A DNA stretch of 64,000 bases, taken from the NCBI GenBank assembly GCA_964106915.2, contig OZ066920.1. One strand, given 5' to 3'. Each line of letters begins with the position of its first letter. Within the stretch, counting starts at the first letter, position 1. Made by a program: the position numbers and the translations under genes. The DNA is from Podarcis gaigeae. Taxonomy: Eukaryota. This document shows, one piece after another, positions 9,721 to 21,943 of the stretch. The notes under the pieces are model-generated. The model saw only the letters and a program-made list of their open reading frames with translations, had not been told where the DNA came from and searched no databases.

Positions 9721-11639
9721 CCCAAATGCCTGCCTTATGAAAGACCTTTAAAAATGTCTTAGCTGCCCTTTAAGGTCTCTTAAGTGGTGTTGTGTGACTC
9801 ACATCTTCCTTGACCATGGGCTGAGGACTGTTGGGTTGATGCAGTTTGAAACAAATGGTGGTCTCCAGGTTGGGGACGGCTGGCCCGTGCGCTCTGCTGC
9901 GGTCTTTTTATTAGCGTTTCTCCATGCACTGAGCTGCCGTGCAAATGCCTGTGATATCTGGGGCAAAGGTGACAACTTCCTTTCTTCAAGGTCGTGTCAT
10001 GGTAATACGCCTTTGCTGCATAAACTGCTGAGTAGAACTGGCTTCTAAAAATACCTCAGTGTAACTAAAGTATGTTGCTATTGCCATGGATGTTGCAGAC
10101 AGAAACTTGGTAGGCCTTTGCCACTCTCGTCTCCTTCAAGGGTTAGAACTGCTACCCAGAAGATGTTACTCTTGAGACTTCAGTTCTGCTTTCCATCATT
10201 TTAATGGGAATGGGGCTTGGAATATTTTTGAGTGTCAGAGGCCCTCAGACTTTTTGGCTGGTCATGGTTACCAAAGCTAAGCTGGTGCTTGCCAGGACTC
10301 TTTGCTTCCCTTTAGGATTAGGATTGGGCTGCTGGTCCCTGACCTTCCCCTGCATCTGTGCGCAAGGACACCAGCAATACCCTGTGTGGTTAAAGTCCCT
10401 ATTACAGTGCTTACAGTAATAACAGTAATTGCAGTGGTTACAATGCTGAAGTTCAGAAGACCTCATCTGTGTGGACAATCTGTTTTCTGATTACTTGGGA
10501 CATTAATGCTGCCAGTGGCTCAAATGGCCCTACTCTGGAGCTAGAGAGAATGGCTGGGTTTTTGTTTTTTTTTAAGGTGCCTGAAGAGACCTGAGCACCA
10601 AAATGGGAAGCCCCAATCTTTCTTTTCAGCTTGGAGCTGAGATGAGGGCATGGGATCTTCCTCTTTGATTTATTATGCCCTCTGAAACTCAGTTGACCTC
10701 TGGTTAATGATCTCTGACTCCTCATCTAGAAGCTGGAGCAGAAGGATGGGACTTTTCTTGTCACTCTTTCCAGGAATGATGGAATACTAGTGGGGTGCAT
10801 AATTGTGGACTGCTGTGAACTGTACCTTTTTGTTCTTCTAAGAAATTGAGCTGTAGGACATGAGGGACATGGAGGCAATGGTGCAATTGTTCTGTCTAGC
10901 AATTTAAGAGGGAATTTTCTTTAGTACTCCAGGAAAGGGTGGTTGAAAATGGGAGGAGAGGTTGCCACATCTTGCCTCTGTACAGATGTGTAGGAAATAA
11001 CATCATGACAGTGGCTTCCTGGAATTTTGCAATAAAACAAGCTGAGACACTACCTGTAATAGCTTGTAATTAAATGGGTGGGAAGTAGGTTATGATGTGT
11101 TCAGTGGGTTCTGTTTTTTGCATTGCCATAAAAAAGGCATATTCTTCTTCCAAAGAAAGAGGGGTTGAGACCCTATGGCATGAGTATACTGAATTAGCAG
11201 TATGGCTTTGAAGGGCTCCTGAGACTAACTAGCAGTTAAGTGCAATACCAGATCACTGATGATGTTGTTGGCATAAGCTACTTGCAAATAGCCAAAGTGT
11301 CATAAAACACTTTCCCAGTAATGAAGGAAATGCTTAAATTGCAACACCACACTCTTATTTTTTTTTTAACTAATGCAAAAGTGTGTTTCTCAAAAGTGTG
11401 AGATAGCAGTGGAGCTATGCAGGCTGATACTGAATAAGTGTGATAATCTCTGAATTTAAGCATAACTCTCTCTCCCTCCCCCAGTCTTTATCTTTGTGAA
11501 CAAGGACAGCCCAATGTTAACTTCCTTTACTTAGTCACTGGGTTTCATAAGTTCTTATTAACTTACTGAAAATATTTCACCACCGAGTTAATGTTACTTA
11601 AGCAATGAATGTTTTCTGGAAATGAAAGATATATGCTAC

Positions 11640-11810
11640 ACAGGAACATGGAATGTAGAAAGCTGGTGTATACCAAGCTAGACCATTTGTCCATCTAGCT
11701 CAGCTTTTTCAACACTGAATGGCAGTGGCTCTCCAACATTTCACATGGGAGTCTTTCCCCGTGGTTCTTGAACCTTGGAGCATTTTCATGCAAACCATGT
11801 TCTATAAATT
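11640..11810 (-). mobile_element. Decayed squamate tRNA-derived SINE
   Basis: Segments agaccatttgtccatctagctcag...actgaatggcagtggctctcca and gaacct...catgcaaa. Related remnants near 535-600 (-) and 6650-6790 (+). Confidence 0.5.
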
Positions 11811-12736
11811 TAACCTACAATTCTTTCTCTTATTTTGTTATTGTGCATAATACTTATACTCTAAGCATGCTTGAGAGTGTCCTATTGAAATCAGTGGGAC
11901 CCAGTTCTGAGTAAGCATGGCTAGGATCCAGCTGTAAGAATTGATTTCCTATTGCTGTGTCAAATGCTTCCTCTCCAGAGGAGAACTTGTGCTAAATAAG
12001 TGCTGAAAATTGAAAGTTGTGTTTCTTACCTTTAATATCTGTCACTCTGCTGTGCCTAGAAAGAGCTGCCATCTAAACTAGAAGTAGTCAACGTTGTGCT
12101 CTCCAGATATTGTTAGACTGCCACTCCCGCCTTCCCTGACCATTGGCCAAAATGGTTGGGACTGGTGGGGGTTTCAGGACAAAAGCCTTTGAAGAGGACT
12201 AGATCGGCAAATCTCTGATCTGCCCAAAGTTTATATAGCACTATATTCTGAAACTTACTAATTGTGCTGGTCATTTGGGGGTGTCACTTAAACTGTAGGT
12301 GCTTGAAGGGTTTGTGAACTGTCCTGAGATCTTTGGCTAAGTATATAAATTTAATAAATTATTATTATTACTATTATTATGATTCAAAAGTGTTGCTCGC
12401 CAGATGTCGGCACTGGAGGATTTCCCAACTCTTTGGAGTAGATTTTAAGGATGGAGGGTTGCTGCAGGGGGACGAAGGGGAAGTCTCATTTTTGCAAGCA
12501 GAAATCTGTTCTGCTCTTGCAATTTCAGTATTGGATACCACCTTATACGTATACTACTCTTATGCCAATGTGCTTACAGTAGTTAACAACCTAATAGACC
12601 AGATATGAAGAAAGTGACAGGGGAGGAAGAAAAAAATAAGCACATTCAGGTACCAACTCTTACATGATATTAAATACTGTGTTTCGGAATGTATGCTTTG
12701 TATACCATAAATGCAAACCAAAATGTTCAGCTTTAA

Positions 12737-12985
<249 letters not shown>

Positions 12986-13219
12986 TAACCACGGTGGCTA
13001 GTGGTAGGCTGAATCTTTTTATGAAATAAAAAAAGATGTTCTATTCTTGACTACATTGCACATAATGACTCTCATAGTAAATGCTCAGGCTAAATTTCCT
13101 TAAGAGTTGCAACACACCTAGAGAACCTGGCTCAATGAGACTCTTTGTTCGGACAGCAGCTGTCACTGCATGCTTTACAGGAATACATTTATCACCAACC
13201 TTTTAGATACTTTGCTTGA

Positions 13220-13444
<225 letters not shown>

Positions 13445-13536
13445 TGAGGCAATCCTTGCTTATGTTGGGAAAACGTTGCTGTAAGGGCATAGCAGGAACC
13501 AAGACTAGCATTCTCTGTGTATGCTAGATAACTTTA

Positions 13537-13588
<52 letters not shown>

Positions 13589-13597
13589 ATTTTTTAA

Positions 13598-13845
13598 AGA
13601 AACAGGCAGAAGATATAGAAGCATGATTAGTTACACCAACAGGGTAAAGAACAGCTTCTATCCGTGGGCTGTTAGGCTGCTGAATGAAAAGATAACAAGA
13701 GGGCAACTGACTTTTGGGTTTGGTGGGTGTGGGTCAGTAAACAAGGGGAATTAAGACTAAGAGAGCTGAGTGGGGGGTGCTCGTGTAATCTCACTGTATA
13801 CAAGTTGTACAAGTGACAATAAAGTATTTCAATCTCAATTTCAAT
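13598..13845 (+). mobile_element. Rex1/Babar-type LINE 3' fragment
   Basis: Encodes GRRYRSMISYTNRVKNSFYPWAVRLLN, a typical Rex1 ORF end; followed by gtgacaataaag and a short-repeat tail; preceded by (ATT)n at about 13537-13587. Confidence 0.7.
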
Positions 13846-14467
13846 TGCTAGCTTTACTTTCTCTGATGAAATTATTTCTAGAGGATCCAAAAGTTCTTTA
13901 TGGGCAGAATCCAACTTTGCACGAGTAGACTTCTATTCATGCAGTGGGACTTCACCATCTCCCCCTCCTCCCTTTGTGCAGTCCCAAAGTCTGCTTCAGT
14001 GGGCCCCCAACTCTCTGGAGCAGAATTTGAGGGTGGGAGGGCTGCTGGGGGGAGAGCAGGGAAAGGCGAGTCCTTCCCACACACAAGCAGCTTTGGCTAT
14101 GTGTGTGTAATTTGACTGGCTATATGCTACTTGAGGCTTGTAGTACAAGGCCAGGGAATTGAAGCAGGCCAACAGGCCAAATCCATATATCCCGTACTCC
14201 CCATACGTCAATTCTGGCAGCTGGGTGGGGCTGCCCACCAGTCAATCACCTGGCACCATCCTCAACTTATGGGCCTGAAATTCCTTACTCCTTCTTTAAA
14301 ATGTGACTTTAATTCCTAGAAAGTTTGCTTAGGATCCAGCCTTAGTTGTTTTTAAAAATGCAGTCTATCATTTTCTTTAAGTAAAGTAGACAATCTTTTT
14401 TATTATGTATTATGCTAGATAATACTAAGATTAGTTAAACTAATATTTGCTTCTTTTTCCCTTTAAG

Positions 14468-14538
14468 ATAACACTTACAAATCTTATATCAGTTGATGAA
14501 AGGTTGGTATATACGCCACACCCTGAGAACCCGGAAAA
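14468..14538 (+). CDS. PRELID3A: PRELID3A coding exon 4
   Basis: 71 nt, [23 protein letters not shown](K); donor AA|GTAAGT. Not in the ORF track. Confidence 0.96.
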
Positions 14539-14568
14539 GTAAGTTGGAATGTCTTTGACTTTCAGTAA

Positions 14569-14787
<219 letters not shown>

Positions 14788-16829
14788 TAAAACCTAAAAC
14801 TCAAATGTTTAAGTGCATTATGCTAGCATTGGTATCCCATAAGCCCAGGGTACTCTCAATTATACACAATTCACTGTAAGACTTCAGGTCAGATAATGAC
14901 TTTTCTTGTACTTGTGATGGTCTGTAGAGCCAGTTGTGTATTCTCAGTATTTCCTTTTAAGATTCAAAACCATGTAAGGTATGAAGTCAGGAAAAGTGAT
15001 TGTTGTCTCTCACTGAGACAACAGCAGCTTAGAGCTAGAATGGGGGTAGGGCTGATAGTGTCTGGTTGTGTGATCAGATTAGTCTTTCTTTCAGCTTGCA
15101 GTTCACAGAATCTCTTCTCAGGTTAGCTATTGGCTTACACAGTAGGTTGCTTGAGCCAAATAGGTTAAATGGGAAGCGGGCAAATTGCCTCCTTACCCTT
15201 TTCAGTGCTGAAAGCAGAGGAGAGAACTAAGGAGATGTCATATCTGAACTTTCCCTCATAACCCAGACACTTAATATGTACAGATGTCTCTTGTTTTCTA
15301 CTGTGTACGAAATGGTGGGTGTGAGCACATGTTCTAGTTGTCCTATTTGTAGTGTTGGAAAGGGAACTTATTCCACTTCTGATGGACAATAAACCAAATG
15401 CATACATAGGCTGTTAGTAGCAGAATAGGGGATAGATGAAAAGGAACTGTTCCCCTAAATGCTATGGGGGAAGAAGTTCTGCCATTACACAGACTTCTGG
15501 CTGTGCAGTGGAACTTTCCATTCCTTTCCTTGTGTGCCCTCAAATTAAATTTGTATACTGTTCTTCATGCATAGATCTCAGGGCGGTTCACAGCATTAAC
15601 CTGTTCTGGGAATTCCCTCAACCCTCCAGAGCATACTTTATATGCAAGCACTCCATGCATTAAAAGATACAGGAAGCTGAACTCCTGACATCTTTCTCTG
15701 GCCCTCACCTCCCTCCTTGCCTTTCCTGCAGCTAGAAAACAACTATCCTGTTGGAGTAAAGATTATTTTCCCCCTTGCCTAAATGCAGCTGGGATGGGGA
15801 TGGTCAATCCTGCCTCCACATGTGTTGGTTCATCACCATGCTCTAAAGCACCCTCCCCATGCTGCGGTTAGGTTTGTAAAAAGGTTCCTAGTGACTCTGA
15901 CCTAATCGTGGCAGGCAAGGGGAGTGTTGTGTGTGGTGTGAGAGAGAGCATGGCATGGCCATGCCCACTGCTGACACAGGGCCCTCAGAAATGGGCTATA
16001 AGAGAACGTGACAGGCCCATCCCTGTTCTCAGCCTGCAACAATTCAGCATGCTACACAATAAACCCTTTATTAAGTTCCATGGGACTTCTGTGGGTACAT
16101 GGTTGGGATTTGACTATAAAACAGCAAATGAATAGCTCAACCTTATAAAGAGTATTATTAAGGGGGAAATGAGCATTTCAAGTATTGTAATCCTAAACAA
16201 ATATTTCTGTTCTCAGTCCTCCATGACTTCTGCACTTGTACAACAATAGATTACCATTACATTACAGGTCTCATTCGGGTGCTTTATTGTTTCTTCTTCG
16301 TTCTCTTTTAATGCTGTATAATGCAGCCTGTTTTAACTAAGTTTCCTTACAGGTGATCCCTCTCTCTTTACCTTTTCAACTTAGGGCCACTTCACACTGG
16401 CGTACTACCAGATTTCTAGGCAGAAGTTGCTCTATAGGGATCTGGTAGCATGTCAAGAGATCCCAAGTCTAGGATGAGATGCATCTGTCAGAAGCATGCA
16501 TGCTCAGCTTGCTTTTACCTAACTTATTCTACTGGGATGCCTATTTGTGTGTCTTCAGCATCCTGCTTTGGCACTCAGTTAAACCTTTACATGGTATAAT
16601 TGCTTGTTACCAATATTTGATAAGCGTGGTGCTCAACTAAGTCAAACTCAAGATAGGCTTAGTCATAACAGTTACATCCATTCACTTTCAGTAGGTTTAC
16701 TTGGACTTAGTTGGATATCACTCTCAGTTTACAATGCTTGATTTTCCTGTAGGCTCTTGAGATTTACAAGACTGTGATGGTGGAATAACTTTTTGTCATA
16801 AGCTGTACATCTTTTCTGTGTTACTCCAG

Positions 16830-16883
16830 GGGTGGGATGCTATTGAGTGGACAATTCAACATTCTGACAGTGTTCTAAGATAG
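16830..16883 (+). CDS. PRELID3A: PRELID3A proximal terminal coding exon (6a), giving a 172-aa protein
   Basis: Acceptor ttactccag; GWDAIEWTIQHSDSVLR-stop, like human PRELID3A GWAAIEWIIEHSESAVS. Total CDS 519 nt. Confidence 0.92.
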   Translation, partial: GWDAIEWTIQHSDSVLR

Positions 16884-17794
16884 CAGTCTCTTTCTACAGC
16901 TGCATTTTGTACTAATTAGTGGTAATACCAGCATTTGTTACCTTGGTACAGCATTTCAGCTTCTAGCAAATCTGTGCATGTTGTTGTCATGTTACTTGAA
17001 AGCCTGCATGCCTCATATATATACACACATTGCATATAGAGGAACAGCACTCTTATTCTTTAACTCTGGAATTTGGAGGCGTCCATACTGTCTAATGCTT
17101 TGACGCAGGAAAAGGTTCTTAAGAACCTGCATGTGTGGGCCACTAATAAGGCCCACCTTCTGTTCTTTGGTAAATCTCTTTTGAGTAAGTGGAATACTGT
17201 TAGAAGAACTGTTGCATCTTGGCCCCAGAGTTTTTTGGGAAGTAGGTGAAGCTCTGAACAACCAGTCCTCTTGATCCAATGCATGGATGCTTTGGGGTGA
17301 AATACTTGAGGTTGTTAACTAGTTCACACTACTGCTGGACTTAGCCTACATTATGGCAGTTCTTGCCTATCAGTGTAGAAATACAGTCCCATCACTGCTT
17401 GGACAGAAGGGTTTTTGTTTAAAAGAAAGCAGTTTATGAAGTCCCAATTAGAACATTTGCACCTGTTTCCTTGGTCCTTGTTGGTTTTTGCTTTTGAGGC
17501 AGCTTAAAATCCGTTCAAAAAGAATGCAAAAAGAAGAAACTGGTTTTCAAAAGTGCCAGCTATTAAGCTTTATTGTCGCTCAGCGCATTTTGGAACTGTC
17601 ATTCCTCCCTCTTGGTGCCTGAGAGGCAGCTGCATTTATGTAAGTTGCTTCAGAAACTCCAAGATTGATCCTGAAGAAGGAACGTCTGTTCTGAAACACA
17701 TTGTACTATCATAAACTTCAGCAGTTGGCACTTGTGAGAATTGGGTTCTACTTTTTCTCTTCTCTGCATTATTTCTAGTGTCTGGGCCTTCCTT

Positions 17795-17865
17795 TGTTTA
17801 GTCATTTAGTCGTGCCCAACTCTTCGTGACCCCATGGACCAGAGCATGCCAGGCACTCCTGTCTT
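17795..17865 (-). mobile_element. BovB (RTE) LINE extreme 3' end
   Basis: tttagtcgtgcccaactcttcgtgaccccatggaccagagcatgccaggc is the reverse of the BovB-type 3' terminus. Confidence 0.7.
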
Positions 17866-18660
17866 ACTTTATTTTAATAAGGCAGGAATCATGCAAAACC
17901 TTTTGGCTGCACATTTTTGTTATGAGCACCAGCCTCACTCTCCTCTCCCTGCATTTTGTGAGGGGAGGTTAGAAGTGTTCACTTGCAGTTTTGCCCCCAA
18001 CATGGCCAACTGTGGTTTACTTGTTTGCAAAACCAGGATTGGATCCTGGATGTGGGGGAAGATGAATTGAACATATCAGTTTGTTTTCTGATCCTGTTAT
18101 AGCAAACTACAATTTGTTGCAGACTAGAAGTTGAAATAGCTTCTCTTCCTTCACATGTAAATGGGGAACACGGGGAAATATATGAACAACAAACCATGAT
18201 TCATTTTTTCACATCTAAAATCCAAGCTTTTATCTAAACATACACTAATATATAAATAATTTTGCTATAACAAAGCAGATGTTTTTGTCTAAATGCATTG
18301 TTTTAAGAGGCATTGCTAGCATCTGTTTGACTTGCGAGGAACTTCAGTGACCACCTTTTTCGTTCCTTGAGCTTGACTGCCAAGCTTGGAAACCCTCAAT
18401 TTTCATTTGCAGAATACAGTTACCAAACATGCCTTAGTGTTGTATAATACTTAACTACTCCCAATTTTGGAGTGTGTGTATATATTACAAAAAAAAGTAA
18501 TAATAGTAAACTCTCACTGTATGTTTTCAGTTTTACCATTAAGCCTGTGAAATGTTTCAGAGTTTAAAATTTTATGCTCTCAATCGTTTGTTAAGTAGTA
18601 ACCACTGAAATTATGTCCAGTTCTTAACTCTCATTCTGTTTGTTCAGTGTGCTACCACCA

Positions 18661-18679
18661 TGTACGTAAATATATTAAA
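18661..18679 (+). terminator. Candidate polyadenylation signal of the PRELID3A proximal isoform
   Basis: ATTAAA at 18674-18679 preceded by TGTA, at the end of an AT-rich UTR-like segment. Confidence 0.35.
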
Positions 18680-19751
18680 AGGTGCATGCTTTAATTGGAA
18701 ATATGCTTGCTCAAGTCATATACTAATATGCTGTTTTATGGTACAACAGAAACTCAGTAAACCAATCCTCTGTCAGATTGTTTTTGCTAGTTCCGTGCAT
18801 GTTAAAAAGAACCCCGGTCTTTTTGGTCCAGCATTTTTTTTTTAAAGGCTTGCCAGATGTCTATGGGAAGCAAATAAGTAAGTCATCAGCCCAATAGACC
18901 ACTCTAAATAAGGTCATTTCAAACTCAACAAAATTGTGCAATGTGCTCAGTTACTATATAAACGAATGACTAGTCCTCCCAAGAAACGCTGGCCAGACTG
19001 GATCAAACTTGACATCTGCTCAATTATGTCACATGCAGCTGTATATATTGTTGTTCCTGAAATAATTACTGGCATGGGGGAGTCTGATGGGGACTTTTCC
19101 CATTCAGATCATGGTGAGTGGGTGGAAAGATAAGCCTCCTCTCCCTACTGGTTGCCTTCCCAGTAAGAATCTGTCTCCCTGTGAATGTAATATTTAAGAT
19201 GCATACTACATATTAGGCAAATGTCTAGTTTGGTCCTAAAAAACCCACAGAGTTCCACCCTCTCATTTAAAGAAGCTGCAACCTAGTTCACCCCACCAAT
19301 GTGCTTAGAATCTACTCAAACCAAGCTGCCATTTCATTTCTTAGAAGCCCCAACACTTGTATTTAGTGTTATAGCATGGAGGTTTGTTGATCAGAAGCAC
19401 TTGGTGCAATAATTCCTGTTAGTTGCTATCTCCCATAGCAATCCTGTGAATTTCTTCATTTGACATGTCATATGTCTGTTATTAGTGGGGCCCTTTTTTA
19501 TTCTTATCTAATGCTTTGATTTTTAAATCCAACGTGTGCAGTTTCTAATGCTCAGAACATCATTCAGTTGAAGGATTGGGCTAAAGGTGGTTAGTTCTGA
19601 CCCGAGGCCAGGAATGGAAAACACTTCAAACTAAATGGTGTTTTCAAAAGTAACAAATAATTGAAGAAATTCAAATAATTCTGGCCAAGTGCTTTGGGTC
19701 ATATGCACACTACAGTCTTTTCTGCAGGAAATCATCCAGTAACAATTACTA

Positions 19752-19940
19752 TATAGTCCAGTAGCACCTTAGAGACCAACTAAGTTTGTTCTTGGTATGA
19801 GCTTTCTTGTGCATGCACATGAAAGCTCATACCAAGAAGAAATTTAGTTGGTCTCTAAGGTGCTACTGGACAATTTTTTAAAAATTTTTTATATATATTT
19901 CTACTGCGTCAGACCAACATGGCTACCTACCTGAATCTAG
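19752..19940. mobile_element. Penelope-like element remnant containing a 116-bp palindrome
   Basis: gtagcaccttagagaccaac...gaaagctcat...gttggtctctaaggtgctac, with tail cagaccaacatggctacctacctg; 8-bp flanking repeat aattacta (19744-19751 and 19941-19948). Confidence 0.7.
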
Positions 19941-21850
19941 AATTACTAGAATTGTTTGGAGAAAAACATGGTTGTGATATTCTTAGAAGCCCAGTATGAG
20001 AATACAGTGTAGATAAGCCCAACGGCTGTTTCTTCAATCTATTGGTTCATTACACTTTTTATTTCAAAACTAAGGGTGACTTCCAGTTAACTTGTTCCAT
20101 CAGCACAAGGATTTTCACTTGCAGAAGGAAACTTCCCCCTATTCTTTCACTGTGCGTGCCCCATGCCCTCCCCAAATCTGCTTTATAGGGTTGGGGGTAC
20201 AGCAGAACAGATTTAGGGGGGGTGCCAGGGAAAGGAGAGGGGGTTAGTTCTGTTGTGCATATGGAAATCTGCACACTGACAGAGCAAGCTAGTTGCTTTG
20301 TCACAGTTTAGAAACAACAAATGCAAATAATATAGCCATCTCTCTCTCTTCCAGGAGTGTTGACCTGAGCTGTTAAGTTTACAGATTTCAACTGAGCACA
20401 TTTGTATCCAGAAAGATTATGTAATTGTCATTTAATCCAGTATGTTCTGTTTCAATTAAAACAAGCATCTATATATATATAAAATAAGTTGGTAGTTAAA
20501 GCAGTCATGGTGTAGTACAGGCTTAAAACTAACAGCAATTTGGCTCGAAATGTTAAGTTTTAAGCTATTTAGTATTCTGTACAAATACCGTGTTCAGGCT
20601 TTTCATAATGCAGATGTGTGCACAGTTTCACTGTATATTTATGTTTCAAAGAAATTAGCTATAGTCCAGCTAATAAGAGGAGAGGCGGTTCTTGAACAAA
20701 GGTATCTTTTGATCACATGCTAAGTGGCCTTTTGCATCTGGCCAAGTGATTAGGCTCCTAGCCTGAAAACTTATGGAGGCTCTCACTTTTTTGTTGAGTT
20801 TCTCTACTTGAGCTTACTGAGGTTTTCTCCTCAGTTCCACTAGTGCAAGCAATTTTAACTATGCATAAGAACTTACCCCACCTGCACACCCTCTAAATCT
20901 GCCCTGAAGGGTTGAGGGCAAACTCAGAAATATTTAGAGGGTGTGAAGGTTGAAGCAGTTCCATTGTGCAGCCAGGAGTGCTTGCACTGGTGCAACTATT
21001 GAGTTGAATACTTCCCAGCATGTGTTTCAAGCTCTTCTTATTTAGGTTTGCCTTCTGTCGCTGGGGTGTAGCTGGTCTTTAGGCCCAGTTAAACTGAATT
21101 CTTGCAGAAGCGGTGCTCTTGCTTCCTACGTTGCTCTGTACTGAGCATCAGTGATGGTAATTTAGTGTTTCATGATAGAGAGTAAACAGGATGGGAAAGA
21201 AACCATAAACTATAAGTTCATTAATAACGTTCATTAGGACTTGTAACAACTTTTCCATTGCTAGGATGAAGCGGAAGAAACTGAAGGGGGGAAATATTAT
21301 TGGTGGGAGAAGGGCTAGTATTAGGCCTCATGTCTGTTCTGTTGCAATCTTACCATGGTAATGGAGGAAGCCACAGAAATGTGATAGAAAAAATTTCAGG
21401 TTGTTCAGAGGCATGCTAGGGATAAGAAGCAAATGATGCTTTGCACTTTGGGAAAAGTGGGTAGTCAAAACTCTCTCTAGCACTGATCCAAGTACAACAG
21501 TCTCTTTGTAATTGTGCCTTGCTAGACAGATCTAGCATTTGTACTCTGCAAAAGAGCTAGCTTGTGGTCTTGTAACTTTGTTGGCCTATTATTACTAAGA
21601 AAAATGTATTGTCTAAGCAGATCACCCTTCAATTTAAGGTTTTCTTGTTACAGAAGCAAAGGTGGATTAGAATGAAATAACCTTGTCGTACAAATTCAGT
21701 GGCACAATTCATTATGATACATTCATAATTCAGAAGACAACAAAGCAGTTTGCTTTGGAAGATCTTTTGGTGTCTGACAGAGGAAAGATTTAGAACTTTA
21801 ACATCAATGTATCTGGTCAATCCACTTAGCTCTTGTGCCTTCTTTAACAG

Positions 21851-21943
21851 GGTCGAGAAGCCTTGGAATGGGTGATTGGCGAACTAACTTCGACGCGAGA
21901 GAGCATGAAGTCCGCAATGGCAGCAGCTTCAGCGGAGGACTGA
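21851..21943 (+). CDS. PRELID3A: PRELID3A alternative distal terminal coding exon (6b), PRELID3B-like C-terminus, giving a 185-aa protein
   Basis: Acceptor cttgtgccttctttaacag, phase 0. Encodes GREALEWVIGELTSTRESMKSAMAAASAED-stop, resembling PRELID3B [9 protein letters not shown]...MAAAAFAEK as recalled. Confidence 0.8.
   Translation, partial: GREALEWVIGELTSTRESMKSAMAAASAED

Noticed and set aside
21851-21943. Interpretation as a separate PRELID3B gene or processed pseudogene
   Set aside because: No other PRELID3B-like exons, poly-A tail or TSD nearby. It begins exactly at a splice acceptor in phase with PRELID3A exon 5.
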